A stretch of 64,000 bases of DNA from Mobula hypostoma (lineage: Eukaryota), in the NCBI RefSeq assembly GCF_963921235.1, contig NC_086108.1, positions 38,566,001-38,630,000 of the forward strand, in the 5' to 3' direction. Under the pieces are notes generated by a model, which was not told the DNA's origin, made no database searches, and worked only from the letters and a program-made list of their open reading frames with translations. Position 1 is the first letter of the stretch. Every line of letters starts with the position of its first letter. This document shows, one piece after another, positions 52,233-64,000 of the stretch. The position numbers were made by a program, and so were the translations under genes.

Positions 52233-54080
52233 GTGGTTTAATCCTTTATTTTGTATAATAATGTTCCTACTAATTGGAAATGTATAGCTATATTAGAGTT
52301 ACTGCTTGACTGAATTTAATGAACACCTGTACCCAGAGTGTTTCTCCTTTATGAAATGCTATTATGAAAACCACAGACTTTCAGGTAGCAACCATAAAAC
52401 ACAAGACACTTTGACGTGATTATAATTCTTAATTATAATTATAACTTTTTCATGTGATTATAATTTTCATCAACAAATACATTGTTACATTTTAATATAT
52501 TTATTGTGATGTTGCAATAAAACCAATACATGTAATAGTTGCATTAATCTAAATCCAAGAAAAGCAACTGTGGCATAAGATAATATAGCAGCTATTAAAT
52601 TTTAGTAACATTTGTACAACTCTACTGCTCTAAATGATGTCCTCATCAACATTCTCATGTCGTATAAGTTTAACTGGATGTTAAGTCATCTGGTTCATTC
52701 ATTGTGGATTCAAAGAAGTGATCACACAAGGTGTATTATGTTTCATTACATAACATAGAGATTATTCATTAACAGTAAATGAAAAGAGACCTTGGAAAAC
52801 GCAGCTTCACACATAGATGAACATTTTTCAAAGCTTTGGAGTTTGCTGTTTTCATTAATATTAATGAAAATAAATCAGTGTTCTGATACTTACTAAAACT
52901 ATGTCGAATGCGTTATTATTCCAGAAATAGCCTCGCAAAGTTTCAGTAATTGAAATAGTTAAGCATGTTTACAAAAATCATACTTCGGCTTTAGAATTAA
53001 TACTTAAGGAAGAAGCAATCCTTAAATTTCTTCACTCGGATATTGTATATTTAATTCTTGGGAGCAGTTAATTGCCTTTTCTCTGTCTTGTAACTCCACA
53101 GCTTACATCTGTTATGGATAAATAAATAAATGATCATAAATGTACTAACATGATAATAACATTAAATGCAGACTGCAGCTTTAGAAGAATTATTAAACTT
53201 TTGATAGATAAATAATATTTGAAATAATAAGAGCATGTGAGGAAGAGCTGAAAAATGCAATGTATTTCCAACTCTTGGTGAATACGAAGTTTTATGAGAG
53301 TAGTGTGCTATCTTTTGTCTTAAAGGGATGTTTGGTGATACAAACCTTTAATCTGCAAATTTGAGAATAGTGCAACCCCAACTCAATAGCGTTTGTTTTC
53401 TCTTTATGAGCACACACTGTTCACAAGAGGCATCCATCATTTTTAGATAATAAAGATGAATGATCGTTAAGGGGACAGTGGAGCCTTGATTTGAAGCGAC
53501 ACCTATTATTGATCCATTGGAATTTGGTAGCCATTAAATATGTATTAAGTATACCAAGTGTAGGGGAATATAACCTTTTCTTGATCAATTCCATATTTCA
53601 ATAAAAATTATTGCTTTCTGCAGCAGTCTGCCAACTTTTGCCAAGAACTCTTGAGTCACTACAGCAAGAGGGGCAGGAGACACTGGGCACTTCTGTACCA
53701 AGACTGGCATTTCTGTGCAGCCGTGGGAAAAGATCAGCGGGGAGCTATTCCTTTCATGACAAAAAATACGCACACAGAGAAAGTACAGTAGAAAGTACAG
53801 AATGTACCTGAAATTATCAGGAAAAGGAATGAAAAACCTATTCAGACTGTCAGTTTGTTTAGGATCTGAATTGCAGTGTAAACTTGACAGTAAAAGCCAT
53901 ATAAAGGAACTTGAATGCAGTTCTTTCAAAATCATGATTGGCAACATTATCATCACGGAGTCTCTCAGATCCTGAGCAGAATTATAAGCACAAGTATAAA
54001 TTTCAAAAATAAAATGCAACAATCAAATTTTTTGAATCACCTAAACTGGTTGCATCAATAACAAATAATACTTCCCCCAC

Positions 54081-54255
54081 TCAAGCTTTAGTCAAGGACT
54101 GTGCATTATTAACAAGAGACAGAAAAACTACATCTCCTTCAGGTTCATTGGAATTCCCAATACTCAGTTTCTCATTATCAATGTAATGGGATTTGGAAAA
54201 CGAGTTGGGGACACGACTACCAGAAGCTGATGGCTCAGATGCATAAATACTGGGA
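54081..54255 (-). CDS. Putative terminal coding exon of the convergent minus-strand (pseudo)gene
   Basis: tttttttcttaaaacttag| acceptor, phase 2, open: PSIYASEPSASGSRVPNSFSKSHYIDNEKLSIGNSNEPEGDVVFLSLVNNAQSLTKA*. Followed by ~1.6 kb of repeat-free AT-rich sequence with minus-strand AATAAA at 52500-52505. Confidence 0.5.
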
Positions 54256-54799
54256 CTAAGTTTTAAGAAAAAAACTGCAGTGGCTGGCTCAAGCCTTTTT
54301 TGAATATTCTCCATAGATGAATGTGCAACATAGTGGAAATTCAAGTATACAAAGGAAACTCAATTTTATCCACTGGCACTCAATCCATACTCCAAAATAT
54401 CCCCCTCTTCACAATCAGAATACACCGGCTGAAATGTGTATTGGTTTCAGAATCTACAGCAGTAACTCTGAATTAATAATGCTTAACAATAAGGCAATTT
54501 TATCCATCAAGTATTAATTTTGACTTTCATAGGAAGTGATTTGCACCGAAAATATTTTATGTCAATATCTTTCCATTAACCTTTCCAACTTTCAAGCTTT
54601 TAGTCTTAATGTTGACTCCTTTCATCAAATCTAAGGCTGTACTACTTTTTAATGTAACATTTAATATGATCCATAAGACAACAGATATAAATACATGAAA
54701 AGCACTTCCTAAACATATACAAAGAACATATAAGGTGCATGAAAGAGAGAGAGAGATACAGTTTGTTGAATGTTATGCCAACTTTTATACCCTTGAGAT

Positions 54800-54968
54800 A
54801 ACATAGAACATAGAACATAGAATAACACAGCACAGTACAGGCCCTTCGGCCCACAATGTTGTGCTGATCCTCAAACCCTGCCTCCCGTATAAGCCCTCAC
54901 CTTAAATTCCTCCATATACCTGTCTAGTAGTCTCTTAAACTTCACTAGTGTATCTGCCTCCACCACTG
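54800..54968 (-). mobile_element. CR1 3'-end fragment
   Basis: (ACATAGA)n tail and the same UTR as 12235-12352. Confidence 0.8.
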
Positions 54969-55439
54969 AAATTGCAGGTAATGTGGGAAACTCAATGGAC
55001 AATAATAACAACAGGTACAAACTTCTGCTTTGTGGGAGAAGATTATAATACTTCCATGTGATAACTTAGAGACACCCAACTCACATCAGCAAATGCAAGA
55101 TTACAGTTTCAATTAAAGAATGTTACATCCAAGGTAATGCTTATTTTCAAACGTTGTATAGGTGTCAAAAAGTTACACTTCATTTACAGCATAAAGATGG
55201 TCCATTTAGCCCAGCATCCCATGTTTATAATTCACAGGGGTTTTCTCTTGTGAAGTGGAAACAAATAACTTCATATAACCTCAGGAATAAATCCTTCCAT
55301 TTCTTTCTTCCATTGATAACTTCCACTTCAATGCATAATTGCTCTTTGGTCCAATATTTCTCCTGCTACCTAGTTCTACATTATAACTACTTTCAAGGTA
55401 ATGAAATTCATCCTTGGATCTATTAGATTATAAATTAAT

Positions 55440-56170
55440 TTACAGAGACATACATCATGGAAGTTGTCCTACACCAAAGCTAATCCCATGTGCCCGCACT
55501 TGGCCATAAACCTCTATTTTTAAATCCTAGTACTAGGGCAAGTCCCTTTTAGCTGCTATTTATATACCTGCATCAACTTATTCCTCTGGCAGTTCATTCC
55601 ATAAATTGACCACCTTCTGAATGAACAAGTTTCCCCTCAGGTACTGATTAAATCTCTCCCCTTTCACATTAAATCTGTGCCCTCTAGTTCCCCCTGGATC
55701 TCATACAATCTTACTTTTTGTTTGAGGCTTACCATACAGATCTTTACCAAAAGCCTTACTGAAGTGTATGTGGATTATATATATTGCCATCACCAATTAG
55801 TCTTCTTGGTTTCTTCTTCAAGTACTTATATTAATTTGTGAGTCACAATCTCCCATGTGTAAAGTCTTGCTGACTGTTCTAAACCAACCTGTCTTTCCAA
55901 ATGCTTGTACATCATATTCCACAGAATCCATCCTAGAACCTTACCTTATGTTTACACATCTATAGTTCCCATGTATTTTTTAAGCTCAGCTTACATAAAG
56001 GCACAACATGAGCCACCCGTTGGTTTTTTGACACTTCACCCATTGCTAATGATGGTGCTTATATCTCAGCTAAGGCTCCCACTATTTCTTCACTAGCTTC
56101 CCATAATGGTCTTGAATATATCAGATCAGGCTATGGTGATTTATCCACCTTCAAATATTTAAGATATTTA
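55440..56170 (-). mobile_element. Old, deleted CR1 fragments
   Basis: Degenerate CR1 3' and RT-like sequence (ccaaaagccttactgaagt..). Confidence 0.55.
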
Positions 56171-56186
56171 ATACCTCTTCTGTTGT

Positions 56187-59040
56187 TATAACCATATAAC
56201 CATATAACAATTACAGCACGGAACCAGGCCATCTCAGCCCTTCTAGTCCGTGCCAAACTCTTATTCTCACCTAGTCCCACGGACCTGCACTCAGCTCATA
56301 ACCTTCCATTCCTTTCATGTCCATATAGCTATCCAATTTAACTTTAAATGACAACATCGAACCTGCCTCAACCACTTCTGCTGGAAGCTCGTTCCACACA
56401 GCCACCACTCTCTGAGTAAAGGAGTTCCCCTTCAGGTTACCCCTAAACTTTTGCCCTTTAAATCTCAACTCACGTACTCTTATTTGAATGTCCTCCACTC
56501 TCAATGGAAAAAGCCTATTCACATCAACTCTATCTATCTCCCTCATAATTTTAAATACCTCTATCAAGTCCCCCCTCAACTTTCTACTCTCCAAAGAATA
56601 AAGACCCAACTTGTTCAACCTTTCTCTGTAACTTAGGAGATGAAACCCAGGCAACATTCTAGTAAATCTCCTCTGTACTCTCTCAATTTTGTTGACATCG
56701 TTCCTATAATTCAGTGACCAGAACTGTACACAATACTCCAAATTTGGCCTTATCAATGCCTTGTACAATTTCAACATTACATCCTAACTCCTATACTCAA
56801 TGCTCTGATTTGTAAAGGCCAGCATACCAAAAGCTTTCTTCACCACCCTATCCACATGAGATTCCACCTTCAGGGAACTATGCACCATTATTCCTAGATC
56901 CCTCTGTTCTACTGTATTCTTCGATGCCCTACCATTTACCATGTATGTTCTATTTTGATTAGTCCTACCAAAATGTAGCACCTCACATTTATCAGCTTTA
57001 AACTCCATCTTTTTTTAGCCCGCTCTTCTAACTGGCCTAAATCTCTCTGCAAGCTTTGAAAACTTACTTCATTATCCACAACTCCACCTATCTGCATACT
57101 TACTAATCCAATTTACCACCCCATCATCTAGATCATTAATATATATGACTTTGCACCCAGTACAGATCCCTAAGGCACACCACTAGACACCGGCCTCCAA
57201 TCTGACAAACAGTTATCCACCACTACTCTCTGGTGTCTCCCATCCAGCCACTGCTGAATCCATTTTACTACTTTGATATTAATACCTAACGACTGAACCT
57301 TCCTAACTAACCTTCCTTGTGGAACCTTGTCAAAGGCCTTACTGAAGTCCATATAGACAACATCCACCATTTTAGCCTCGTCAACTTTCCTAGTAACGTC
57401 TTCAAAAAAAATCAATAAGATTTGTCAAACATGACCTTCCTCGCACAAATCCATGTTGACTGTTTCTAATCAGACCCTGTCTATCCAGATAACTATATAT
57501 ACCATCTCTAAGAATACTTTCCATCAATTTACTTACCACTGATGTCAAACTCACAGGCCGATAATTGCTAGGTTTACTCTTAGAACCCTTTTTAAACAAT
57601 GGAACCAGATGAGCAATATGCCAGTCCTCCGGCACCATCCCCATTTCTAATGACATTTGAAATATTTCTGTCAGAGCCCTTGCTATTTCTACAGTAACTT
57701 CCCTCAAGGTCCGAGGGAATATCCTGTCAGGACCCGGAGACTTATCCACTTTTATATTCCATAAAAATGCCAGTACCTCCTCTTCTTTAATCATCATACT
57801 TTCCATAACTACCCTTCTTGTTTCCCTTACCTTACACAATTCAATATCCTTCTCCTTAGTGAATACCGAAGAAAAGAAATTGTTCAAAATCTCCCCCATC
57901 TCTTTTGGCTCCGCACATAGCTGTCCACTCTGATTCTCTAAGGGACCAATTTTATCCCTCATATCCTTTCACTATTAATATAACTGTAGAAACCCTTTGG
58001 ATTTATTTTCACCTTACTTGCCAAAGCAGCCTCATATCTTCTTTTAGCTTTTCCAATTTCTTTCTTAAGATTCTTTTTACATTCTTTATATTCCTCAAGC
58101 ACCTCATTTACTCCAAGCTGCCTATATTTATTGTAGATCCCTCGCTTTTACCGAATCACATTTCCAATATCCCTTGAAAACCATGGCTCTCTCAAACTTT
58201 TAACCTTTCCTTTCAACCTAACAGGAACATAAAGATCTTGTACCCTCAAAATTTCACCTTTAAATGACCTCCATTTCTCTATTACATCCTTCCCAGAAAA
58301 CAAATTGTCCCAATCCACTCCTTCTAAGTCCTTTCGCATCTCCTCAAAGTTAGCCTTTCTCCAATCAAAAATCTCAACCCTAGGTCCAGTCCTATCCTTC
58401 TACATAATTACATTGAAACTAATGGCATTATGATCACCGGACCCGAAGTGCTCCCCAACACATACCTCCGTCGCCTGCTCCATCTCATTCCTTAACAGGA
58501 GATCCAACACTGCCCCTTCTCTAGTTGGTACCTCTATGTATTGCTGCTAAAAACTATCTTGCACACATTTTACAAACTCCAAACTATCCAGCCCTTTTAC
58601 AGAATGGGCTTCCCAGTCTATGTGTGGAAAATTAAAATCTCCCACAATCACAACCTTGTGCTTACTACAAATATCTGCTATCTCCTTACAAATTTGCTCC
58701 TCCAATTCTTGCTCCCCATTAAGTGGTCTATAATACACCCCTACAAGCGTTACTACACCTTTCCCATTCCTCAATTCCACCCAAATAGCCTCCCTATGCG
58801 AGTCCTCTAATCTATCCTGCCAAAGCACCACTGTTATATTTTGACAAGCAATGCAACACCTCCCCCTCTTGCCCCTCCGATTATACCACACCTGAAGCAA
58901 TGAAATCCAGGAATATTTAGTTGCCAATCACACCCCTCCTGCAACCATGTTTCACGAATAGCTACAACATCATATTTCCAGGTATAAATCCATGCTCTAA
59001 GCTCATCCACCTTTCTTACAATGCTCCTAACATTAAAATA
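56187..59040 (-). mobile_element. CR1 LINE, nearly complete ORF2, frameshifted
   Basis: YFNVRSIVRK, RETWL, VGDFNFP, KSPGPDRIFPRTL, NYRPVSLTSVV, YMDFSKAFDKVP, LIRPNLEYCVQFWS, and an (ATGGTTAT)n tail. Confidence 0.93.
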
Positions 59041-59311
59041 GATTTCTTCCCTGCATCCCTCTAACTCTCCAAGGATTTGTTTCATCCCAATTATCTGTAT
59101 CTGACCCATGCTTACTTCCTTTTCCTAACCAGTGTGAATGGATTTCTACGATGGAAGTAAATTTCCACCACTTCCAACTAAGAAAACTGCTGTTAATCGA
59201 GTAGCTGATGACAATTTTGCCTTTGAAGGTTAAGAGGCGCTGGATAGGCATCCTTTTCAAGATGATTTATGTGTGATGCAAATGCATCATGACTCTTTTC
59301 TAGACTCTTTT

Positions 59312-60181
59312 GGGTGACTTGGATAGGTTGGGTGAGTGGGCAAACTCATGGCAGATGCAATTTAATGTGGATAAATGTGACGTTATCCACTTTGGTGGCA
59401 AAAATAGGAAAACAGATTATTATCTGAATGGTGGCCGATTAGGAAAAGGGGAGGTGCAACGAGACCTGGGTGTCATTATACACCAGTCATTGAAAGTGGG
59501 CATGCAGGTACAGCAGGCGGTGAAAAAGGCGAACGGTATGCTGGCATTTATAGCGAGAGGATTCGAGTACAGGAGCAGGGAGGTACTACTGCAGTTGTAC
59601 AAGGCCTTGGTGAGACCACACCTGGAGTATTGTGTGCAGTTTTGGTCCCCTAATCTGAGGAAAGACATCTTTGCCATAGAGGGAGTACAAAGAAGGTTCA
59701 CCAGATTGATTCCTGGGATGGCAGGTCTTTCATATGAAGAAAGACTGGATGAACTGGGCTTGTACTCGTTGGAATTTAGAAGATTGAGGGGGGATCTGAT
59801 TGAAACGTATAAGATCCTAAAGGGATTGGACAGGCTAGATGCGGGAAGATTGTTCCCGATGTTGGGGAGGTCTAGAACGAGGGGTCACAGTTTGAGGATA
59901 GAGGGGAAGCCTTTTAGGACCGAGGTTAGGAAAAACTTCTTCACACAGAGAGTGGTGAATCTGTGGAATTCTCTGCCACAGCAAACTGTTGAGGCCAGTT
60001 CATTAGCTATGTTTAAAAGGAAGTTAGATATGGCCCTTGTGGCTACAGGGGTCAGGGGGTATGGAGGGAAGGCTGGGTTCTGAGTTGGATGATCAGCCAT
60101 GATCATAATAAATGGCGGTGCAGGCTCGAAGGGCCGAATGGCCTACTCCTGCACCTATTTTCTATGTTTCTATGTTTCTAT
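59312..60181 (+). mobile_element. Young CR1 subfamily, longest copy
   Basis: Uninterrupted 257-aa ORF2 C-terminus and (TTTCTATG)n tail. Confidence 0.95.
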
Positions 60182-61934
60182 AATAATCAAGACAGGAACG
60201 TTGCTCTAGGGTATCATTCTGGTTCTGAGATAAGTAGCTTCAAGCAACACCAACCATCATCTCCAGTGAAAGCTATGACGCCAGCTACTGGAGAATAGAG
60301 CTTCTCATCAGTACTATTTTCAGTTTTACTTGGGCTGTTGTGTTTGCCACACACCTTTGGAAATCAGTTTGTTTCAACCAATCAACGTTGCTTGATACCT
60401 GTTACACTTCTATTAAGGTAATCAGATTTAAAGTCCAGGATGGAATTGTAGACATTTGCAAAATAATTTTGTGAGGTAATTATAACATCAAATATTTAAA
60501 CACATTCAGAATATGAAGTGACTGCTCTCCCTATACAGCGGTTTATGCCACAAGCTGGTATTTATTCTAAGTTTTATATCTTATAGACAAATATTTTGTG
60601 CTTAAGTTTCTGTTGCTGCATCTTATATTGTGTTTAAAATAGGGTTTTCCACTTTCTATCAGATCATGAGCTGCCCACAAATATGTGTGTTCCCACCTAT
60701 TTCATCGATTTCGTATCAGACAGGTGTTGCACATGGCAGGCCATGGACTCTGTTGAGGTGAAGTTCGGCACCAGCACAGGAACCTCAAACAGGCAAGGCC
60801 ATCATACTTACAACACCTCAAATCTATTAGTATAGGTATCCTCTGGGATGGTTGGGCCCATAGAAAGGAATTATATAAATAAATAACTTATATGTATTAT
60901 ATAAATAAAATCACTCTTCCTCCTCAAATTGTCTTGGTCAAAAGTAGCAAATGCTTAAAATTAAAAAGACACTCTTAATTTATATCCAATATGCCATAAA
61001 GTAAATGTGGAGGAGACACAATTAGTCTGCAAAGGAGGCAAGTGATTTGATAACTAAGGGAAATCCATAATTTAGATAGATGGACCCTATTCAACTGACC
61101 ATTAAATTGTGGTTTGATTGAACGTATGTCCTGTTATGGCAAGAGTGGAGCTATTTGCTAGGCAAAAGTATTAATAGAGAGAAAATGTTGTTCAGTAACC
61201 CCAAAAGCTGTTGTTTTCGTGAGTCATGAATGGATCAATTGGCCAATAAACCTGAGTACCATTGAGGAGCTGCTGTTTAGTCGTTGTCTTGAACTGCCAC
61301 AGTCCAGGTAATGAAGTTGCAAGGTCATGAAACAAGCATTCAGGCTGCAAGGTGCTGACGAACACGTTTTGGTGAATTAGTGCAGTGCATTTTGAAGATG
61401 GTAAACTTAATATATGAGCCACTAATGGAGGGAGTCACTGGTCTGGCTGATGAAATTTCCATAGAAATACCTTCCTGTTGAGATGATTAACATCCAACAA
61501 GCACAAACACCTTCAGAATTGTCCTGACTGAGAATAGCTGAGTAGTATAAAAATGGGACTCTTTTTTTTCTTGTTGGTAGATTCATACTCTGTACTTTCA
61601 GGAGTAATGTGGCCGTGCGATGGCCTGGAGTATCGCAATTGTTCATAGGTGACAACTGGGCTATGTTATACTTTTGTGGGACATGCAGACAGATTTGCCA
61701 AGAGTCCATTCAAGGATGAGCAGAAACCGAAAACATTTAAGTGCAGAATGGCCGCTCCTGTTATGCTGGATTGTATTATAACATGTCATTTTGTCTTTCA
61801 AAATGATATTGCAGAATATGTAAAATCAGATATGGTGAGCTCAAACTTATTGAATAAAACACTCAGACTGTCTGAACAGTGTCATAATCAGTGGAGTAAC
61901 TACAGCATGTTGCAACTGCGTTTACAAGTATCTG

Positions 61935-63183
61935 GACTATTCCTCTTCTCACCCTGTCTCTTGCAAAAACGCCATCCCCTTCTCGCAATTCCTCCGTCTC
62001 TGCCGCATCTGCTCTCAGGATGAGGCTTTTCATTCTAGGACGAGGGAGATGTCTTCATTTTTTAAAGAAAGGGGCTTCCCTTCCTCCACTATCAAATCTG
62101 CTCTTAAACGCATCTCCCCCATTTCACGTACATCTGCTCTCACTCCATCCTCCCACCACCCCACTAGGAATAGGGTTCCCCTGGTCCTCACCTACCACCC
62201 CACCAGCCTCCGGGTCCAACATATTATTCTCCGTAACTTCCGCCACCTCCAATGGGATCCCACCACTAAGCATATCTTTCCCTCCCCCCCTCTCTCTGCA
62301 TTCCGCAGGGATCGCTCCCTACACAACTCCTTTGTCCATTCGTCCCCCCCATCCCTCCCCACTGATCTCCCTCCTGGCACTTATCCGTGTAAGCGGAACA
62401 AGTGCTACACATGCCCTTACACTTCCTCCCTTACCACCATTCAGGGCCCCAAACAGTCCTTCCAGGTGAGGCATCACTTCACCTGTGAGTCGACTGGGGT
62501 GATATACTGCGTCCGGTGCTCCCGATGTGGCCTTTTATATATTGGTGAGACCCGACGCAGACTGGGAGACCGCTTTGCTGAACGTCTACGCTCTGTCCGC
62601 CAGAGAAAGCAGGATCTCCCAGTGGCCACACATTTTAATTCCACATCCCATTCCCATTCTGACATGTCTATCCACGGCCTCCTCTACTGTAAAGATGAAG
62701 CCACACTCAGGTTGGAGGAACAACACCTTATATTCCGTATGGGTAGCCTCCAACCTGATGGCATGAACATTGACTTCTCTAACTTCCGCTAGGCCCCACC
62801 TCCCCCTCGTACCCCGTCTGTTACTCTTTTTAATGCACACATTCTTTCTCTCACTTTCCTTTTTCTCCCTCTGTCCCTCTGAATATACCTCTTGCCCATC
62901 CTCTGGGTCACCCCCACCCCGTCTTTCTTCCCGGACCTCCTGTCCCATGATCCTCTCGTATCCCCTTCTGCCTATCACCTGTCCAGCTCTCGGCTCCATC
63001 CCTCCCCCTCCTGTCTTCTCCTATCATTTTGCATCTCCCCCTTCCCCTCCTGCTTTCAAATCCCTTACTCACTCTTCCTTCAGTTAGTCCTGACGAAGGG
63101 TCTCGGCCTGAAACGTCGACTGCGCCTCTTCCTAGAGATGCTGCCTGGCCTGCTGCGTTCACCAGCAACTTTGATGTATGCTG
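61935..63183 (+). mobile_element. Penelope-like element 3' part with GIY-YIG endonuclease ORF and pLTR
   Basis: ORF 62049-62792: RVPLVLTYHP, CKRNKCYTC, FTCESTGVIYCVRCSRCGLLYIGETRRRLGDRFAE. Confidence 0.92.
63086..63121 (+). ncRNA. Minimal type I hammerhead ribozyme
   Basis: AGTC-CTGACGA-AGG(gtctcgg)CCT-GAAA-CGTC-GACT: intact core, GUC cleavage triplet, palindromic ACGT. Confidence 0.8.
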
Positions 63184-63237
63184 CCATAGTTCTATCATCA
63201 TTTTCATTTAATTTTAGTAATAATATGGACAAGTTAC

Positions 63238-63411
63238 CAATACAAGTTGGATAAGATTGGTCGGCAAACCATTATCCATCCTTGCATGTGATTACTTTAT
63301 TTCTTTGCAATCTGAACCGCTGTGCACATCTAATATTCGGTGATTCTCCATCTCTCTATGAAGATCTTCTGGGTGGTGTCATGTTGGGAATATTTGGACT
63401 TGAACATGGCC
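63238..63411 (-). pseudogene. CCP/sushi exon with two in-frame stops
   Basis: tttcatcag| acceptor, G|gtaact donor, 174 nt, phase 1-1: PCSSPNIPNMTPPRRSS*RDGESPNIRCAQRFRLQRNKVITCKDG*WFADQSYPTCI, with four Cys and the Trp. Confidence 0.8.
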
Positions 63412-63779
63412 CTGATGAAACAATAGTTAATTTAATTTTCATTAAGCAGGATTATAAGCATATCGTTGTTTTTGATGATGGTCAAGTTCTTATTTAGCTT
63501 TTAGCAATTCCTAATGAGCATTTGCTGGAAAAGGCAAGCTTGAAAAGCAACAGCAAGGGTCTGCATGGTGACAGACCTTCTCAATGTAAACAAGGTGTGG
63601 GGCATAATGGGCTCTGCCCAGCAAAATGTTGACCAGACTTTGACAGCTGGCTTAGTTATGCTCACTGGACAAGTGGGCTTATACAGTAAACATGGAGGAA
63701 AAAGTGGAGTGGACTCAATTAGTCCACAAGGGAGGCAAGTGGTTTGATAACTAAAGGAAATCCATAACTTAAATAGTGC

Positions 63780-64000
63780 CATTCAACCATGACTGATTTA
63801 TTTTCACTCTCAATTACATTCTCCTGTCTTCTCCCCATAACCTTTGACACTCTTACTAATCAAGAACCTATCAATCTCTGCTTTAAAAATACCCAAATAA
63901 CTTGGCCTCCACAGCCACCTTTGGCAATGAATTCCACAGAATCACTACCCTCTGGCTAAAGAAATTCCTCCTCATCCTTGTTCTAAACAAACATCTTTGA
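63780..64000 (-). mobile_element. CR1 3' fragment, truncated by the window edge
   Basis: aatcaagaacctatcaatctctgc..gaattccacaga matches the other CR1 3' ends. Confidence 0.8.

Noticed and set aside
53585..54022. 145-aa minus-strand ORF
   Set aside because: No recognisable motif and a non-ATG start; it lies in the putative 3' UTR and is likely a chance ORF.
59116..59177. Minus-strand exon-like segment (ttcttag|...|gtaagc) between the candidate tail exons
   Set aside because: It is 62 nt and phase-incompatible, and a similar sequence occurs at ~6241-6300 on the + strand, so it is probably a dispersed repeat.

Overview
Eukaryotic, intron-rich vertebrate DNA, most likely from a cartilaginous fish (inferred from the CR1, Penelope and Rex1 repeat mix). 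Most of the window is transposable elements: many CR1 LINEs (including a very young subfamily in four near-identical copies), Rex1/Babar and RTE fragments, one full-length L1 with an 11-bp target-site duplication (TSD), Penelope elements carrying minimal hammerhead ribozymes, Tc1 and hAT remnants, and solo LTRs. The + strand carries the 3' part of a complement factor H / factor XIII-B family gene: three phase-1 CCP (sushi) exons, the last being the characteristic terminal FH-CCP20-type module. Unusually, the frame then appears to continue through three more exons encoding a ~130-aa non-CCP C-terminal domain. On the - strand, a convergent second CCP gene appears pseudogenised: a sushi exon with two in-frame stops, followed by candidate linker and tail exons and a long AT-rich 3' UTR. 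All gene models were read by eye from splice signals and phase; most TE boundaries are approximate.
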